Below the pieces are notes generated by a model, which saw only the letters and a list, made by a program, of their open reading frames with translations, was not told the origin of the DNA and made no database searches. Of a stretch of 64,000 nt of DNA, positions 19,368-29,463 are shown piece after piece; position 1 is the stretch's first letter, and each line of letters opens with the position of its first letter. The translations under genes and the position numbers were made by a program. Source of the stretch: Candidatus Zymogenaceae bacterium (GTDB lineage Bacteria; Desulfobacterota; Zymogenia; Zymogenales; Zymogenaceae). The stretch spans positions 11,499 to 75,498 of the forward strand of contig JAFGFE010000026.1 in assembly GCA_016931225.1 (NCBI GenBank). The letters run 5' to 3'.

Positions 19368-20813
19368 TCAAAAATTGAAATAAATAAAGTCCGTCCCGTG
19401 GAATACACCGAGGAGGAAAAAGGAAAGAACGAACACGGCCCAGATGCATATCTTCACGGAAAGGGGCGTCTGTTGTTTTACTCTTTCGATATACAGGGGG
19501 GCGCTTTCGGACAGCACCTCCCAGACAATCAGGCATCCGACAAGGACGAGAGAAAGGACGAGGTTGAACACGCCCAGGCCGACATCAAGAGAACCGGAAA
19601 AAAACGGCCCCCGGCCGACGCCCGCGATCAGGGCGACGGCGTCGTACATGGACGCCGAGCGAAAGAATATCCAGGCGAACGTTACCAGGTGAAACGTCAA
19701 AAGAATCTTGCCCGTTTCATTCAGCCACGGTCTCTTTGCCGGCGGAGCTGTGGGGAACACCCGGGATTTCTTCGCCGTGAGGTGATGGACGACATAATAG
19801 AGACAATACAAAAGCCCCCAAAACACAAAGGTCCAGTTCGCGCCGTGCCACAGGCCGCAGATGAAAAAGGTGACAAAAATATTGAAAAAGAGCCGCGCCC
19901 TGGTCACCCGGTTCCCGCCGAGGGGAATATATATATAGTCCCTCAGCCACCGCGACAGGGAGATGTGCCACCGTCTCCAGAAATCGGGAATGGACCTTGC
20001 CAGATACGGCCGCTGGAAGTTCTCCATAACGTTGATCCCGAGGATCTGGGCGCTCCCGATGGCCATATCGGTGTATCCGGAAAAATCGCAGTATATCTGA
20101 AAGGAATAAAAATATATCGCGAGCACCAGGGCCAGGCCCGTATATTCATCGTAGTTGCCGTACACCTCGTTGACATACATGGCCAGGCGGTCGGCGATGA
20201 CGATCTTTTTGAACAGACCGAAAAAGAACCGCTTCAATCCCTCTTGCACCATCTCCGCATCGAAACCGGGGGTCTGTTTCAACTGCGGTATGAGAGATCC
20301 CGCCCGCTCGATGGGCCCGGACAGCACGATCGGGAAAAAGGAGATGAAAAGGGCGAAGACCCCCGGATTTTTTTCGGGGGAAACCTGCGTTCGATAGACA
20401 TCGACGAGATAGGCGACGGCGAGAAAGGTGAAAAACGATATCCCCGTCGGCACGGCAACATGGGAAAAGGATTTCGAGAACGTGACCCCGAACAGGTCGA
20501 GGAGGCCGGCGGCGCTTTCCGCCAGAAAACCGGCATACTTGAAATAGACGAGGGGCAAAAGCACACAGACGACGGACAGGACGAACACGGCCTTTCGGAC
20601 CGCCCCGTGCAGGGGCCTTCCCATGACGAGCCCGGCGGCGTACGACGCCGCGGTCACGTAGAGCAGCACGAGCACGGGCACAATGCCCCAGTACAGATAG
20701 AAGTAGTAGCCGAACAGCAGCAGAAACAGCCATCGAATCCGCTGCGGCAGGAGGAAATAGATGCCCGCCGCAACGAAGAACAGCATGATGTACAGAAGAG
20801 AGGAAAGTATCAT
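19368..20813 (-). CDS. MBOAT-family membrane-bound O-acyltransferase (AlgI/DltB-like)
   Basis: 481 aa polytopic protein with FWRRWHISLSRWLRDYIYIPLGG (the conserved MBOAT His) and LWHGANW. Confidence 0.88.
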   Translation of the reverse strand: MILSSLLYIMLFFVAAGIYFLLPQRIRWLFLLLFGYYFYLYWGIVPVLVLLYVTAASYAAGLVMGRPLHGAVRKAVFVLSVVCVLLPLVYFKYAGFLAESAAGLLDLFGVTFSKSFSHVAVPTGISFFTFLAVAYLVDVYRTQVSPEKNPGVFALFISFFPIVLSGPIERAGSLIPQLKQTPGFDAEMVQEGLKRFFFGLFKKIVIADRLAMYVNEVYGNYDEYTGLALVLAIYFYSFQIYCDFSGYTDMAIGSAQILGINVMENFQRPYLARSIPDFWRRWHISLSRWLRDYIYIPLGGNRVTRARLFFNIFVTFFICGLWHGANWTFVFWGLLYCLYYVVHHLTAKKSRVFPTAPPAKRPWLNETGKILLTFHLVTFAWIFFRSASMYDAVALIAGVGRGPFFSGSLDVGLGVFNLVLSLVLVGCLIVWEVLSESAPLYIERVKQQTPLSVKICIWAVFVLSFFLLGVFHGTDFIYFNF

Positions 20814-21180
20814 CGCGTATTATCCAAAACGGGTGTTTTTCGGCGCATGTGCGGATTCGGCGAAACGGGCCTTCGGTTTTTCGAAAAAACCATCGGCGCA
20901 CACAGCCCCGCGTGCGGATTGCATCCGGGCGCGCATCCCACACGATGCCGTTTCTCCCGGAAGCACGGAAAACGGGTGGATTTCGTCCGTTCCCCGCGAT
21001 TTTTTATTGTTTTACAATGGTTTTGAAATGTACAACCATCACCGCCGTCTTGTCAATCTTTTTTCTCGTTTAGCGGCACCCTCGTTTTTTCCCGGGCGCT
21101 GCACGCCGCGCCACGCGGGGGGCGGAGAAGCCTGTTTTGAGCGGCGGGGGAGGGGAAGGGTAAAATCCTTCCATTACTCA

Positions 21181-21192
21181 TAGCATATGCTA
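21181..21192. promoter_or_regulatory. Perfect 12-bp palindrome TAGCATATGCTA next to a TAAAAT -10-like hexamer, ~40 nt upstream of the AT-rich orphan gene; candidate operator
   Basis: Seen in sequence. Confidence 0.35.
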
Positions 21193-21229
21193 AAATAGAT
21201 AAATATATTTTTGAAAAATACGTGAGTAG

Positions 21230-22453
21230 TTGATTATGTTAGAAGAATTTTTTCTTACCACAGGTATTAGGTTTATTTATCGGCTATGGGAAAAGCTTGC
21301 AAAAAAATTTAAAATTAAACGCGGCAAACTAATTCACGTTATATTCGAAGAAGAATATGCCGAAGAATTTTATTCTTTTATTCCCTTTGTGGATATTATC
21401 AAATACAGGGACGATCTTTTACAAATTCGTGATGCGTGGATTATGTTCAAAGGAGATAAAAATCCTTTTGGAAAGAAGGAGACAACAACATACAAATACT
21501 CTTTGAATAGAGACTCAATAACTCCAAAAGAAATAAAACACAGCGAAGAAGTTTCTTTCGGACATGTATGGCTCCCGCAAAACCTTTCTGAAATAGTAGA
21601 ATCAAAAGATGTTCATCTTTTTTTCAAGGATGGTAAAGACAAAGAACACTCCTACTGCTTTGAAAAAGAAAACTTATCTTCTTTGAGACGTTGGTTTTCA
21701 ACTCGACAGATTAAAAACAGTGACTACATCGTTCATATTATATGCGGAACTGAAATAACCCGCGACCACAGGGGCAGGATTATCGATAATAAACCCAGCC
21801 TCTTTTTCACTAACCCAAGAAAACGAGGAGATGTTCCTGTTAAGGAATTTGCATCTAATCCTCTTCCTGTTTCAATGATTCAACCTTCGGATTCCACCAC
21901 TAACATTGATGAGGTTCTTCCTCTTGAAATAATAAAGTATCGCTACTGCCCGGAAGACCCGAATTTTTTTCTTTTTTTTGTTAAGAATTATCACCCACAT
22001 CAAGCTGCTGTCACCGATCGAGGAGTTTTACAATACGGTGATGAACATTTTGAACTTCGTGGTAACTATTACTCTACCGTAATAAAGTATAAACATAAAA
22101 TTAGTTCCACCAAAGATTTCGAAGATATCCATCATGCAATGTCCGTTCTTGGATTAAAAGAACTCCCTATAGAGGCCGCTATTAAATTTGCCGGGAAAAA
22201 AGAAATTCTGGAAGGCGAAAAACCAGCTCCTTATTACGCGAATAATGGCATTATTCCTTTCGGTCAAACTTTTTGGGTTGTAATGAAAATAAGAGATAAA
22301 AAAGGTAAGGAACTATTGGGGAAAAGCGTAAAAGTCGTTTTGAAAAACGGCGGTATGCCTGTGAGTCGCCCCTTCGAATTCTTAGTCGGGACCGAAAAAG
22401 AACTCATTGAAAAGCACACTACTAAGATTTCTTTTTCTCCTTTTGTCCTCTAA
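21230..22453 (+). CDS. Hypothetical protein (407 aa), strongly AT-rich orphan gene inserted immediately upstream of dinB
   Basis: Long clean ORF (Lys/Asn/Ile/Phe-rich) in an AT-rich island; TTG 21230 or ATG 21236 start; no recognisable domain. Confidence 0.6.
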   Translation: MIMLEEFFLTTGIRFIYRLWEKLAKKFKIKRGKLIHVIFEEEYAEEFYSFIPFVDIIKYRDDLLQIRDAWIMFKGDKNPFGKKETTTYKYSLNRDSITPKEIKHSEEVSFGHVWLPQNLSEIVESKDVHLFFKDGKDKEHSYCFEKENLSSLRRWFSTRQIKNSDYIVHIICGTEITRDHRGRIIDNKPSLFFTNPRKRGDVPVKEFASNPLPVSMIQPSDSTTNIDEVLPLEIIKYRYCPEDPNFFLFFVKNYHPHQAAVTDRGVLQYGDEHFELRGNYYSTVIKYKHKISSTKDFEDIHHAMSVLGLKELPIEAAIKFAGKKEILEGEKPAPYYANNGIIPFGQTFWVVMKIRDKKGKELLGKSVKVVLKNGGMPVSRPFEFLVGTEKELIEKHTTKISFSPFVL

Positions 22454-22481
22454 CATATTTTTTCTTATTTTTAAAAAACCC

Positions 22482-23780
22482 ATGACCACCACACCCGACA
22501 GCCCGTTACCCAAAAGCTCCTTCCCGGGGCCGAGGCACTACCGCCCCGGCGGGGAGATTGAGCGGGTCGTGCTGCATTTGGATATGGACGCCTTCTTCGC
22601 CCAGGTGGAGCAGGTCACAAACCCCCATCTTTTGGGAAAGCCCATCGCCGTGGTGGGGAGCAAAAAGCGCACGGTGGTGGTCACCTCCTCGTACGAGGCG
22701 AGAAAATACGGCGTCAAGACCGCCATGACCATCGGCGAGGTGAGGCGTCTCTGCCCGGAGATCATCTTCGTCCCCGGCAACAACCGGAAATACATCGACA
22801 CGTCCGTGCGCATCATCAACGTCCTCAAGGAATTCAGCCCCGACGTGGAGGTCTACTCCATCGACGAGGCCTTCGTGGACATCACGGGCTCCTTGCGCCT
22901 CTTCGGCGGGTCGGAGGCCATCGCCCACAGCATCAAGGAGCGCATCCTTGATGAGGTGGGGCTGACCGCCTCCATCGGCGTTGCCCCCAACAAGCTGGTG
23001 GCGAAGATCGCCAGTGACCTGAAAAAGCCGGACGGCCTGGTGATCCTCACGGAAGCCGACGTCCCCGGCCTGATGGAGACCCTCCCCATCGAGGAGGTCT
23101 GCGGCATCGGCCGGCGCACCGCCGCCAAGCTCCACTCCCTGGGCGTCTCCACCTGCGGCGAGCTGGGACGCTACCCGGTCTCGGTGCTCACAAAAAAATT
23201 CGGCGTCATCGGCGAATACCTCCACTGCATGGGCAAGGGCCTCGATTCCAGCCCCGTCATCCCCGCAGGGCAAGAGGACGACGTCAAAAGCATCGGCCAC
23301 TCCATGACGTTTCCCTTTGATGTGGAGGACAGAGACGGCCTTTCCCATTATCTGCTGCTCCTCTCGGCGAAGGTGGGGCGCCGCGCCCGGCGGGCGGGAT
23401 GCGCCGGGCGCACCGTGGCCCTCTATGTCCGCTTCGCCGACTTCACCGGAGTGGGCAGGCGGACCACCTGCCACCACCACATCCAGCTCGACGCCGACAT
23501 CTATGAGACGGCTCTTGAGATCCTCTCCTCCATCGAGCTGACCCAGCCGGTGCGGCTTCTGGGGGTGAGCCTCTCCAACCTGACCCATACGGGACGGCAG
23601 CTCCCCCTCTTCTCCGGGGAGCGGCGGGAGTTCTTATTGGCCCGCGCCATGGACTCCATCCGGGATCTCTTCGGCGACGACGCCGTGGCCTACGCCTCCA
23701 TCACGGACCGCATCAGCGAGGCGGGGGTCATCTCCCCGGCGTGGCGTCCCGCGGGACCCCGGCGGGTGGACCCGCGATGA
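22482..23780 (+). CDS. dinB: DNA polymerase IV (Y-family translesion polymerase DinB)
   Basis: VVLHLDMDAFFAQVEQ..SIDEAFVDITGS..GIGRRTAAKL motifs. The ORF frame opens at 22407 inside the AT-rich island; the start is most likely ATG 22482 or the downstream GTG. Confidence 0.9.
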   Translation: MTTTPDSPLPKSSFPGPRHYRPGGEIERVVLHLDMDAFFAQVEQVTNPHLLGKPIAVVGSKKRTVVVTSSYEARKYGVKTAMTIGEVRRLCPEIIFVPGNNRKYIDTSVRIINVLKEFSPDVEVYSIDEAFVDITGSLRLFGGSEAIAHSIKERILDEVGLTASIGVAPNKLVAKIASDLKKPDGLVILTEADVPGLMETLPIEEVCGIGRRTAAKLHSLGVSTCGELGRYPVSVLTKKFGVIGEYLHCMGKGLDSSPVIPAGQEDDVKSIGHSMTFPFDVEDRDGLSHYLLLLSAKVGRRARRAGCAGRTVALYVRFADFTGVGRRTTCHHHIQLDADIYETALEILSSIELTQPVRLLGVSLSNLTHTGRQLPLFSGERREFLLARAMDSIRDLFGDDAVAYASITDRISEAGVISPAWRPAGPRRVDPR

Positions 23781-23917
23781 ACCATGAAAAGACGCCTTGC
23801 GTCGCAGGTTGTCCGCGAAGGTTTTTACCCGAACCCCGTTTTTTGTTGACTCCCGGGAGTATCCTTGATATCTTATTCAGGTTAAAGAATTCTAATAAAC
23901 GGAGATGCTTCACGCAG

Positions 23918-24625
23918 ATGCTATCGAATACACGAGCGGCGCTTTGTGTTCTCGCGGCGATGTTCCTCGCCGCGTCTGCGTTTTCCCAAACGACGGACCC
24001 CGTCGCCCGAAGCAACGAGATCGTCGCGGAACGAATGACGGAGCTGGAAAATCAGCGGGGACCGGCGGAGACCTACACCTACGGCGCCATCACCGACGAC
24101 GAGAACAATCGGGAGCTGTTCCGGGTCGCATCAAAAATATCCGACCTGACGGGGCTCGATTTCGTCGCCCTCGCCTCCATCCAGCAGCTTGGGGGGGAGG
24201 TGGAGCTCTACTCCGTGGCGACGACCCTGCCGGGAGATCTCCCGGGAAAAGACGACATGCTCCGGATACTGGCCAGGAGCCGGCTCAGGCATTTTGAGCC
24301 GTATTATTATGAAGCGTATTTCAAGGACTACCCCCAGGACGACACCGCCGCATTCTCCCAGGCCGTGGCCGACGAGGTGTGGCTCGCCTTCCGGGAGGAA
24401 TACGGCGACCTGAGCGACACGGATCCCGAGGGGCTGGCGGAGAAATATCCCGCGGCGAAAAAGGCTGCGGACCTGACGGGGCTGGATATCATACCCCTTT
24501 CGGGCGTACTCGCCACCGGGGGATATGACGGACTCTCAAAGTTGCTGATGGTCATGCCCGAGGAGCTCCCCGGAAAGCATGAGGCCATTGGAGAAGTCGC
24601 CGACGAACGCAGGAAAAGCCGATAG
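23918..24625 (+). CDS. Hypothetical secreted protein with an internal tandem duplication (…DLTGLD…GG…LPGDLPGK repeated)
   Basis: Signal peptide MLSNTRAALCVLAAMFLAASAFSQT; two homologous ~70-aa halves; no family recognised. Confidence 0.5.
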   Translation: MLSNTRAALCVLAAMFLAASAFSQTTDPVARSNEIVAERMTELENQRGPAETYTYGAITDDENNRELFRVASKISDLTGLDFVALASIQQLGGEVELYSVATTLPGDLPGKDDMLRILARSRLRHFEPYYYEAYFKDYPQDDTAAFSQAVADEVWLAFREEYGDLSDTDPEGLAEKYPAAKKAADLTGLDIIPLSGVLATGGYDGLSKLLMVMPEELPGKHEAIGEVADERRKSR

Positions 24626-24822
24626 TATCGTCTTCATCACACAGCGAACGATCGGTCACATATGAACAGCACATACAGACATAACGCCGGCATGACACGT
24701 ACCGGCGTATTCTTTTTTCCCAAAAAGACAGAGGTCCGACACACCTCAGGGGAAGAAACTCCCGATATCTTACCATTCGCACCCCCTGAGCGCTCGATCG
24801 AAGGAAACAAGGTATAACAGAC

Positions 24823-27819
24823 ATGGCACACCGAATCGAAGTGGGACTGCTCCCCGGCTTCAAGGACGCCGCCGGAGAGAAAATACACCGACGCATCACC
24901 GACGACCTGGGCATCGACACGAAGGACGTTCGGACGATCCATGTCTTCACCCTCGACATGGACCTTTCCAACAACGAGCTGGTTACCATCGCTGAGAACC
25001 TCTTTGTCGACCCGATCATACAGCACTACACCGTGGACGCCCCATTGGCCTCCGATTTCGATCATCTCGTGGAGGTCGGTTTTCTCCCCGGCGTGACCGA
25101 CAACGTGGGCAGAACCGCCACCGAGGGGGTCCACCTGATCCTCCCGAACCGCATCACGGCCGATGGGCGGGTGCACTCTTCCATCCAGTACCTGATATCC
25201 GGGGATGTCTCGCCCGAGGAGGTTGAGCACATTACGACGGGCCTTCTGGCCAATACCCTCATTCAGCGATTCGTCATCCTGGACAAAGAGAGCTTTGACA
25301 AAGAGGGAGGGGTGACGGTCTCGGTGCCCCGTGTATCCGGCCGGGTCTCCACCGAGATGGAATTGATCGACCTGGAAATTCCGGACGAGGACCTGGTATC
25401 CCTCAGCAGGGATCGGGTCCTGGCCCTCTCCCTGGAGGAGATGCTTACCATCCGGGAATACTTTCGCGATGAAAAGGTGCGCACGCAGCGGACCGCCGTT
25501 GAGCTGGACGGGCGGATCACCGACATGGAGCTGGAGGCCCTGGCCCAGACATGGTCGGAACACTGCAAGCATAAAATTTTCAACGCCCACATCACCTATT
25601 CCAACGAGAACGGGGAGAAAGAGGAGATCAAAAGCCTCTTCAACACCTACATCAAGGGCTCCACGCAAAAAATCAGGAACAAAAAGGGCGATGATGACTT
25701 TTGTATGTCGGTCTTCGTGGACAACGCCGGCGTCATAAAATTCAACGACGACTACAACCTCGTCTTCAAGGTGGAAACCCACAACAGCCCCTCGGCCCTC
25801 GATCCCTACGGCGGCGCCCTGACCGGCATCGTCGGGGTCAATCGGGATCCCTTCGGCACGGGACTGGGCGCCCGCCTGATATTCAATACCGATACGTTCT
25901 GCTTTGCCGATCCCTTCTACACGAAAGAGCTTCCCCCCCGGCTGCTGCACCCCAAGCGGGTGTACGAAGGCGTCCGGGAGGGGGTGGAACACGGCGGCAA
26001 CAAGAGCGGCATACCCACGGTAAACGGCTCCATCGTCTTTGACGATCGGTTTCTCGGAAAGCCGCTGGTCTATTGCGGCACGGGGGGCATTATGCCGGCG
26101 GTCATTAATGGGAGACCTTCCCACAAAAAGGCCGCGAAAGTAGGGGATCGCATCGTCATGACCGGCGGCCGCATCGGGGCCGACGGCATCCACGGCGCCA
26201 CCTTCTCGTCCGAGGAGCTCCACGAGGGATCCCCGGCCACGGCCGTACAGATCGGCGACCCCATCACCCAGAAGCGCATGACAGACATGCTCCTGGTGGC
26301 CCGGGACCGCGGATTGTATAACTCCATTACCGACGACGGCGCCGGGGGGCTTTCCTCTTCGGTGGGGGAGATGGCCAGGGACACCGGCGGGTGCGTCCTG
26401 ACCCTGGAGCGCGCCCCCCTGAAATACGAGGGACTCCGCCCCTGGGAGATTCTCCTGTCCGAGGCCCAGGAGCGCATGACCCTGGCCGTACCCAAGAATC
26501 ATATCGATGAATTCATGGAGCTGGCCGAACAGATGGACGTCGAGGCGACCATCCTGGGCGAGTTCACCGATACCGGAAAGTTTCACGTCCTCTACGAGGG
26601 AAAGACCATGGCGTATCTGGACATGGAATTCTTCCACGACGGCGTCCCCACGATGCACCTCGACGCCTTGTGGTCGCCCCCCTCCCGCCCGGAGCCGACC
26701 TTTCCCTGTCCGGACTCCCTCAACGATTCGCTCCTCGCCATGCTGGGCCGCCTCAACGTCGCCAGCAAGGAATCTGTGATACGACAGTACGACCACGAGG
26801 TTCAGGGCACCAGCGTCGTCAAGCCGCTGGTGGGACAGATGGACGACGGGCCGTCGGATGCGGCGATTATCCGCCCGATCCTGGACAGCCTCGAGGGCGT
26901 CGTCATCTCCAGCGGCATCTGCCCCAAGTATTCGGACATCGACACCTACCACATGGCCCGGGCCGCCGTGGACGAGGCGGTCAGAAACGCCGTGGCCGTG
27001 GGCGGAAACATCGATTACATGGCGGGGCTGGACAACTTCTGCTGGTGCGATCCGGTCAAGAGCGACAAAACCCCGGATGGTGAATATAAGCTCGCCCAGC
27101 TCGTCCGGGCCAACCGGGGCCTCTTCGACATCACGACGGCTTACGGCATCCCGATGATCTCGGGCAAAGACAGCATGAAAAACGATTACATGATTGGGGA
27201 CACAAAGATATCCATCCCCCCGACGATCCTCTTTTCCATCATGGGCCGTATCGAGGACATCACGAAATCGGTCACCATGGACGCCAAAACCCCCGGCGAT
27301 TTCGTCTACGTCCTGGGGCCGACCGGGTACGAGCTCGGGGGATCAGAATATTTCGCCCATCACGGTTTCACGGGCGGCGCGGTTCCGGTCGTGGACGAGG
27401 AAAAAAATCTCCGGCTCTATCGGGCGCTCTACCGGGCGATTCAGGACGGTTTGATCGAGTCCTGTCACGACATCTCCGACGGCGGCTTGGGAGCCGCCCT
27501 GGCGGAGGTCGCCGTCGCCGGAGATCTGGGAATGGAAATCGATCTCGAGAAGGTTCCCACGGGCGTGGCCGAGGAGGAGCGGCGGGACGACTATCTCCTC
27601 TTCAGCGAATCCCAGGGGCGATTCGTGGTGACGGTCAAGGCGCATAAGGCCAGCGAATTCGAGAAGGCGCTCTCTGTATCGGCTTTCGGCCTTGTGGGCG
27701 CGGTCGTCGAGAGTGACGACGACAATCGGCTGGTCATCCACGGGTGCGACGGCAGCACGGTGGTGGACCTCTCCATCGACGCACTGCGGCACGCCTGGAA
27801 GCGTCCGCTGATGTTTTAG
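24823..27819 (+). CDS. purL: Phosphoribosylformylglycinamidine synthase, PurSL-type large subunit (no glutaminase domain)
   Basis: 998 aa. N-terminal PurS-like region, then FGAM synthetase core with paired AIR-synthase-related domains (DDGAGGL..; HDISDGGLG). Confidence 0.88.
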   Translation: MAHRIEVGLLPGFKDAAGEKIHRRITDDLGIDTKDVRTIHVFTLDMDLSNNELVTIAENLFVDPIIQHYTVDAPLASDFDHLVEVGFLPGVTDNVGRTATEGVHLILPNRITADGRVHSSIQYLISGDVSPEEVEHITTGLLANTLIQRFVILDKESFDKEGGVTVSVPRVSGRVSTEMELIDLEIPDEDLVSLSRDRVLALSLEEMLTIREYFRDEKVRTQRTAVELDGRITDMELEALAQTWSEHCKHKIFNAHITYSNENGEKEEIKSLFNTYIKGSTQKIRNKKGDDDFCMSVFVDNAGVIKFNDDYNLVFKVETHNSPSALDPYGGALTGIVGVNRDPFGTGLGARLIFNTDTFCFADPFYTKELPPRLLHPKRVYEGVREGVEHGGNKSGIPTVNGSIVFDDRFLGKPLVYCGTGGIMPAVINGRPSHKKAAKVGDRIVMTGGRIGADGIHGATFSSEELHEGSPATAVQIGDPITQKRMTDMLLVARDRGLYNSITDDGAGGLSSSVGEMARDTGGCVLTLERAPLKYEGLRPWEILLSEAQERMTLAVPKNHIDEFMELAEQMDVEATILGEFTDTGKFHVLYEGKTMAYLDMEFFHDGVPTMHLDALWSPPSRPEPTFPCPDSLNDSLLAMLGRLNVASKESVIRQYDHEVQGTSVVKPLVGQMDDGPSDAAIIRPILDSLEGVVISSGICPKYSDIDTYHMARAAVDEAVRNAVAVGGNIDYMAGLDNFCWCDPVKSDKTPDGEYKLAQLVRANRGLFDITTAYGIPMISGKDSMKNDYMIGDTKISIPPTILFSIMGRIEDITKSVTMDAKTPGDFVYVLGPTGYELGGSEYFAHHGFTGGAVPVVDEEKNLRLYRALYRAIQDGLIESCHDISDGGLGAALAEVAVAGDLGMEIDLEKVPTGVAEEERRDDYLLFSESQGRFVVTVKAHKASEFEKALSVSAFGLVGAVVESDDDNRLVIHGCDGSTVVDLSIDALRHAWKRPLMF

Positions 27820-27896
27820 CGTCCCATATCGGGACGATACGAGATCGACGGACTCTTTTATTTTCTTTCACCCACTTACGGCACAAAGATACGAAC

Positions 27897-28793
27897 ATGG
27901 CACAGAACGGGACACCGAAAACAAAAAGGACGAACGGGGCGAACTCCCACAACAGGAAAGAAACACAGGCCCTGGCCCCGCAGGTCAGGGTGATGACATT
28001 ATCCGGCAACGGCATCAACTGCGAAAGAGAGACCGCCCACGCCTTCTCCCTGGCCGGGGCCTCCGTATCGGACATCGTCCACGTGAGCCGCGTGGTATGC
28101 GGCGAGGTGTCACTCAATAACTACCACATCCTCGCCCTGCCGGGCGGTTTCCTCGACGGCGACGACCTGGGCGCCGGAAAGGCGATGGCGAACCGCCTGA
28201 AATTCGCCTCCGTGGCCGATGGAGAAAAGCGGCTCATCGACATGATCATGTCCTTCATCGCCGACGGCAAGCTCATCCTGGGCATCTGCAACGGCTTCCA
28301 GTTGATGGTGAAGACGGGCCTGCTCCCCGGCCTCGGGGGAGACTATACGAGGCAGACCGCAACCATCACATACAACGACTCCGGCAGATTCGACGATCGC
28401 TGGGTGCGCCTTTCCGTGGATGAGTCATCACCGTCTGTCTTCACAAAGGGACTCACGGACGCCTATTTTCCGATCCGCCACGGCGAGGGGAAATTCGTCG
28501 CCCCTGACGACGTCCTGGACGCCCTGGAGGAGAAGCACCTGGTCACGCTCCGTTACGCAGACGAGGACTATGATCCGACCATGCAGTACCCCCAGAATCC
28601 GAACGGGTCCCTCCGGTCAATCGCGGGCATCTGCGACGAAACCGGCCGCCTGATGGCCATGATGCCCCACCCGGAGGCGCACATCCATAAGACCCAGCAT
28701 CCCCGCTGGACCCGGCAGGACCGTGCGGACACGGGTCCGGGCCTGGTGATTTTCAAGAACGCGGTAGAATACGTCGTACAGCACCTGCTCTGA
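27897..28793 (+). CDS. purQ: FGAM synthase glutamine amidotransferase subunit (PurQ-like, class I GATase)
   Basis: VRVMTLSGNGINCERE N-terminal motif; catalytic Cys in LGICNGFQ; His/Glu near MMPHPE. Start ambiguous between 27897 and 27993. Confidence 0.8.
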   Translation: MAQNGTPKTKRTNGANSHNRKETQALAPQVRVMTLSGNGINCERETAHAFSLAGASVSDIVHVSRVVCGEVSLNNYHILALPGGFLDGDDLGAGKAMANRLKFASVADGEKRLIDMIMSFIADGKLILGICNGFQLMVKTGLLPGLGGDYTRQTATITYNDSGRFDDRWVRLSVDESSPSVFTKGLTDAYFPIRHGEGKFVAPDDVLDALEEKHLVTLRYADEDYDPTMQYPQNPNGSLRSIAGICDETGRLMAMMPHPEAHIHKTQHPRWTRQDRADTGPGLVIFKNAVEYVVQHLL

Positions 28794-29041
28794 TCGTCCG
28801 TCCCGATCGATCGGGATCGGAACGTGACGATGTCCCTGACGAAGGAAATATCGCGGCGAAATCATCCACGGTCCCCCGTTTCCCTTTCTTCCCGATATAC
28901 ATTTAATTTCTTGACAAATTTGTACTAATATGCTTAACTCTAAATTTGTATATTGGCATAAGCCGCGTCATGCGGTTTTTTTACGTATCACGCACAATGA
29001 CAATGTGAAATCTCACAGTTCGATAGAAAAGGTAGCAACCG

Positions 29042-29176
29042 ATGAAGAGAACCTTTCAGCCCAGCAACAGGAGGAGAAAGAGAAATCACGGCTTTCTGAA
29101 ACGTATGAGCTCTCCGGGCGGCAAGAACGTCCTGCGACGCAGGAGGGCGAAGGGAAGAAAAAGGCTCGCCGCATAG
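29042..29176 (+). CDS. rpmH: 50S ribosomal protein L34
   Basis: [44 protein letters not shown], 44 aa. Found by manual translation; it is absent from the ORF track because it is shorter than 60 aa. Confidence 0.92.
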   Translation: MKRTFQPSNRRRKRNHGFLKRMSSPGGKNVLRRRRAKGRKRLAA

Positions 29177-29463
29177 GTATCGGATCGGCCGGAAACGAGC
29201 GGTGTATTACGTGTGACACCACACGCCGAGAATACTCTAAAAAACGCTTTCCATGTAAGCACACATTTTCAGACACGTTCTCTCACCACCCCGAATCCGG
29301 CATCCGGTATTCCGCCGCACACCGCGAAACAGGGGAGGGTATATTCGCCTCCAGAGATTGATGTGCTACAGAAAGCGGCCGGAAACCACATATGCGTGTA
29401 ACGCCGAGCCGGAACGAGCGATCGCTTCATTTTTCACATCCGCGCCTCAGAACACGATGAACC

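Noticed and set aside
19230-21026. 598-aa plus-strand ORF opposite the MBOAT gene
   Set aside because: Lys/Glu/Arg/Gly-rich junk translation; the minus-strand frame carries the conserved MBOAT His motif
22506-23588. 360-aa minus-strand ORF overlapping dinB
   Set aside because: Antisense artefact in GC-rich coding sequence; dinB motifs are on the plus strand
24637-26952. 771-aa minus-strand ORF antisense to purL
   Set aside because: Same reasoning; purL on the plus strand has clear conserved motifs, while the antisense product has none and a biased composition
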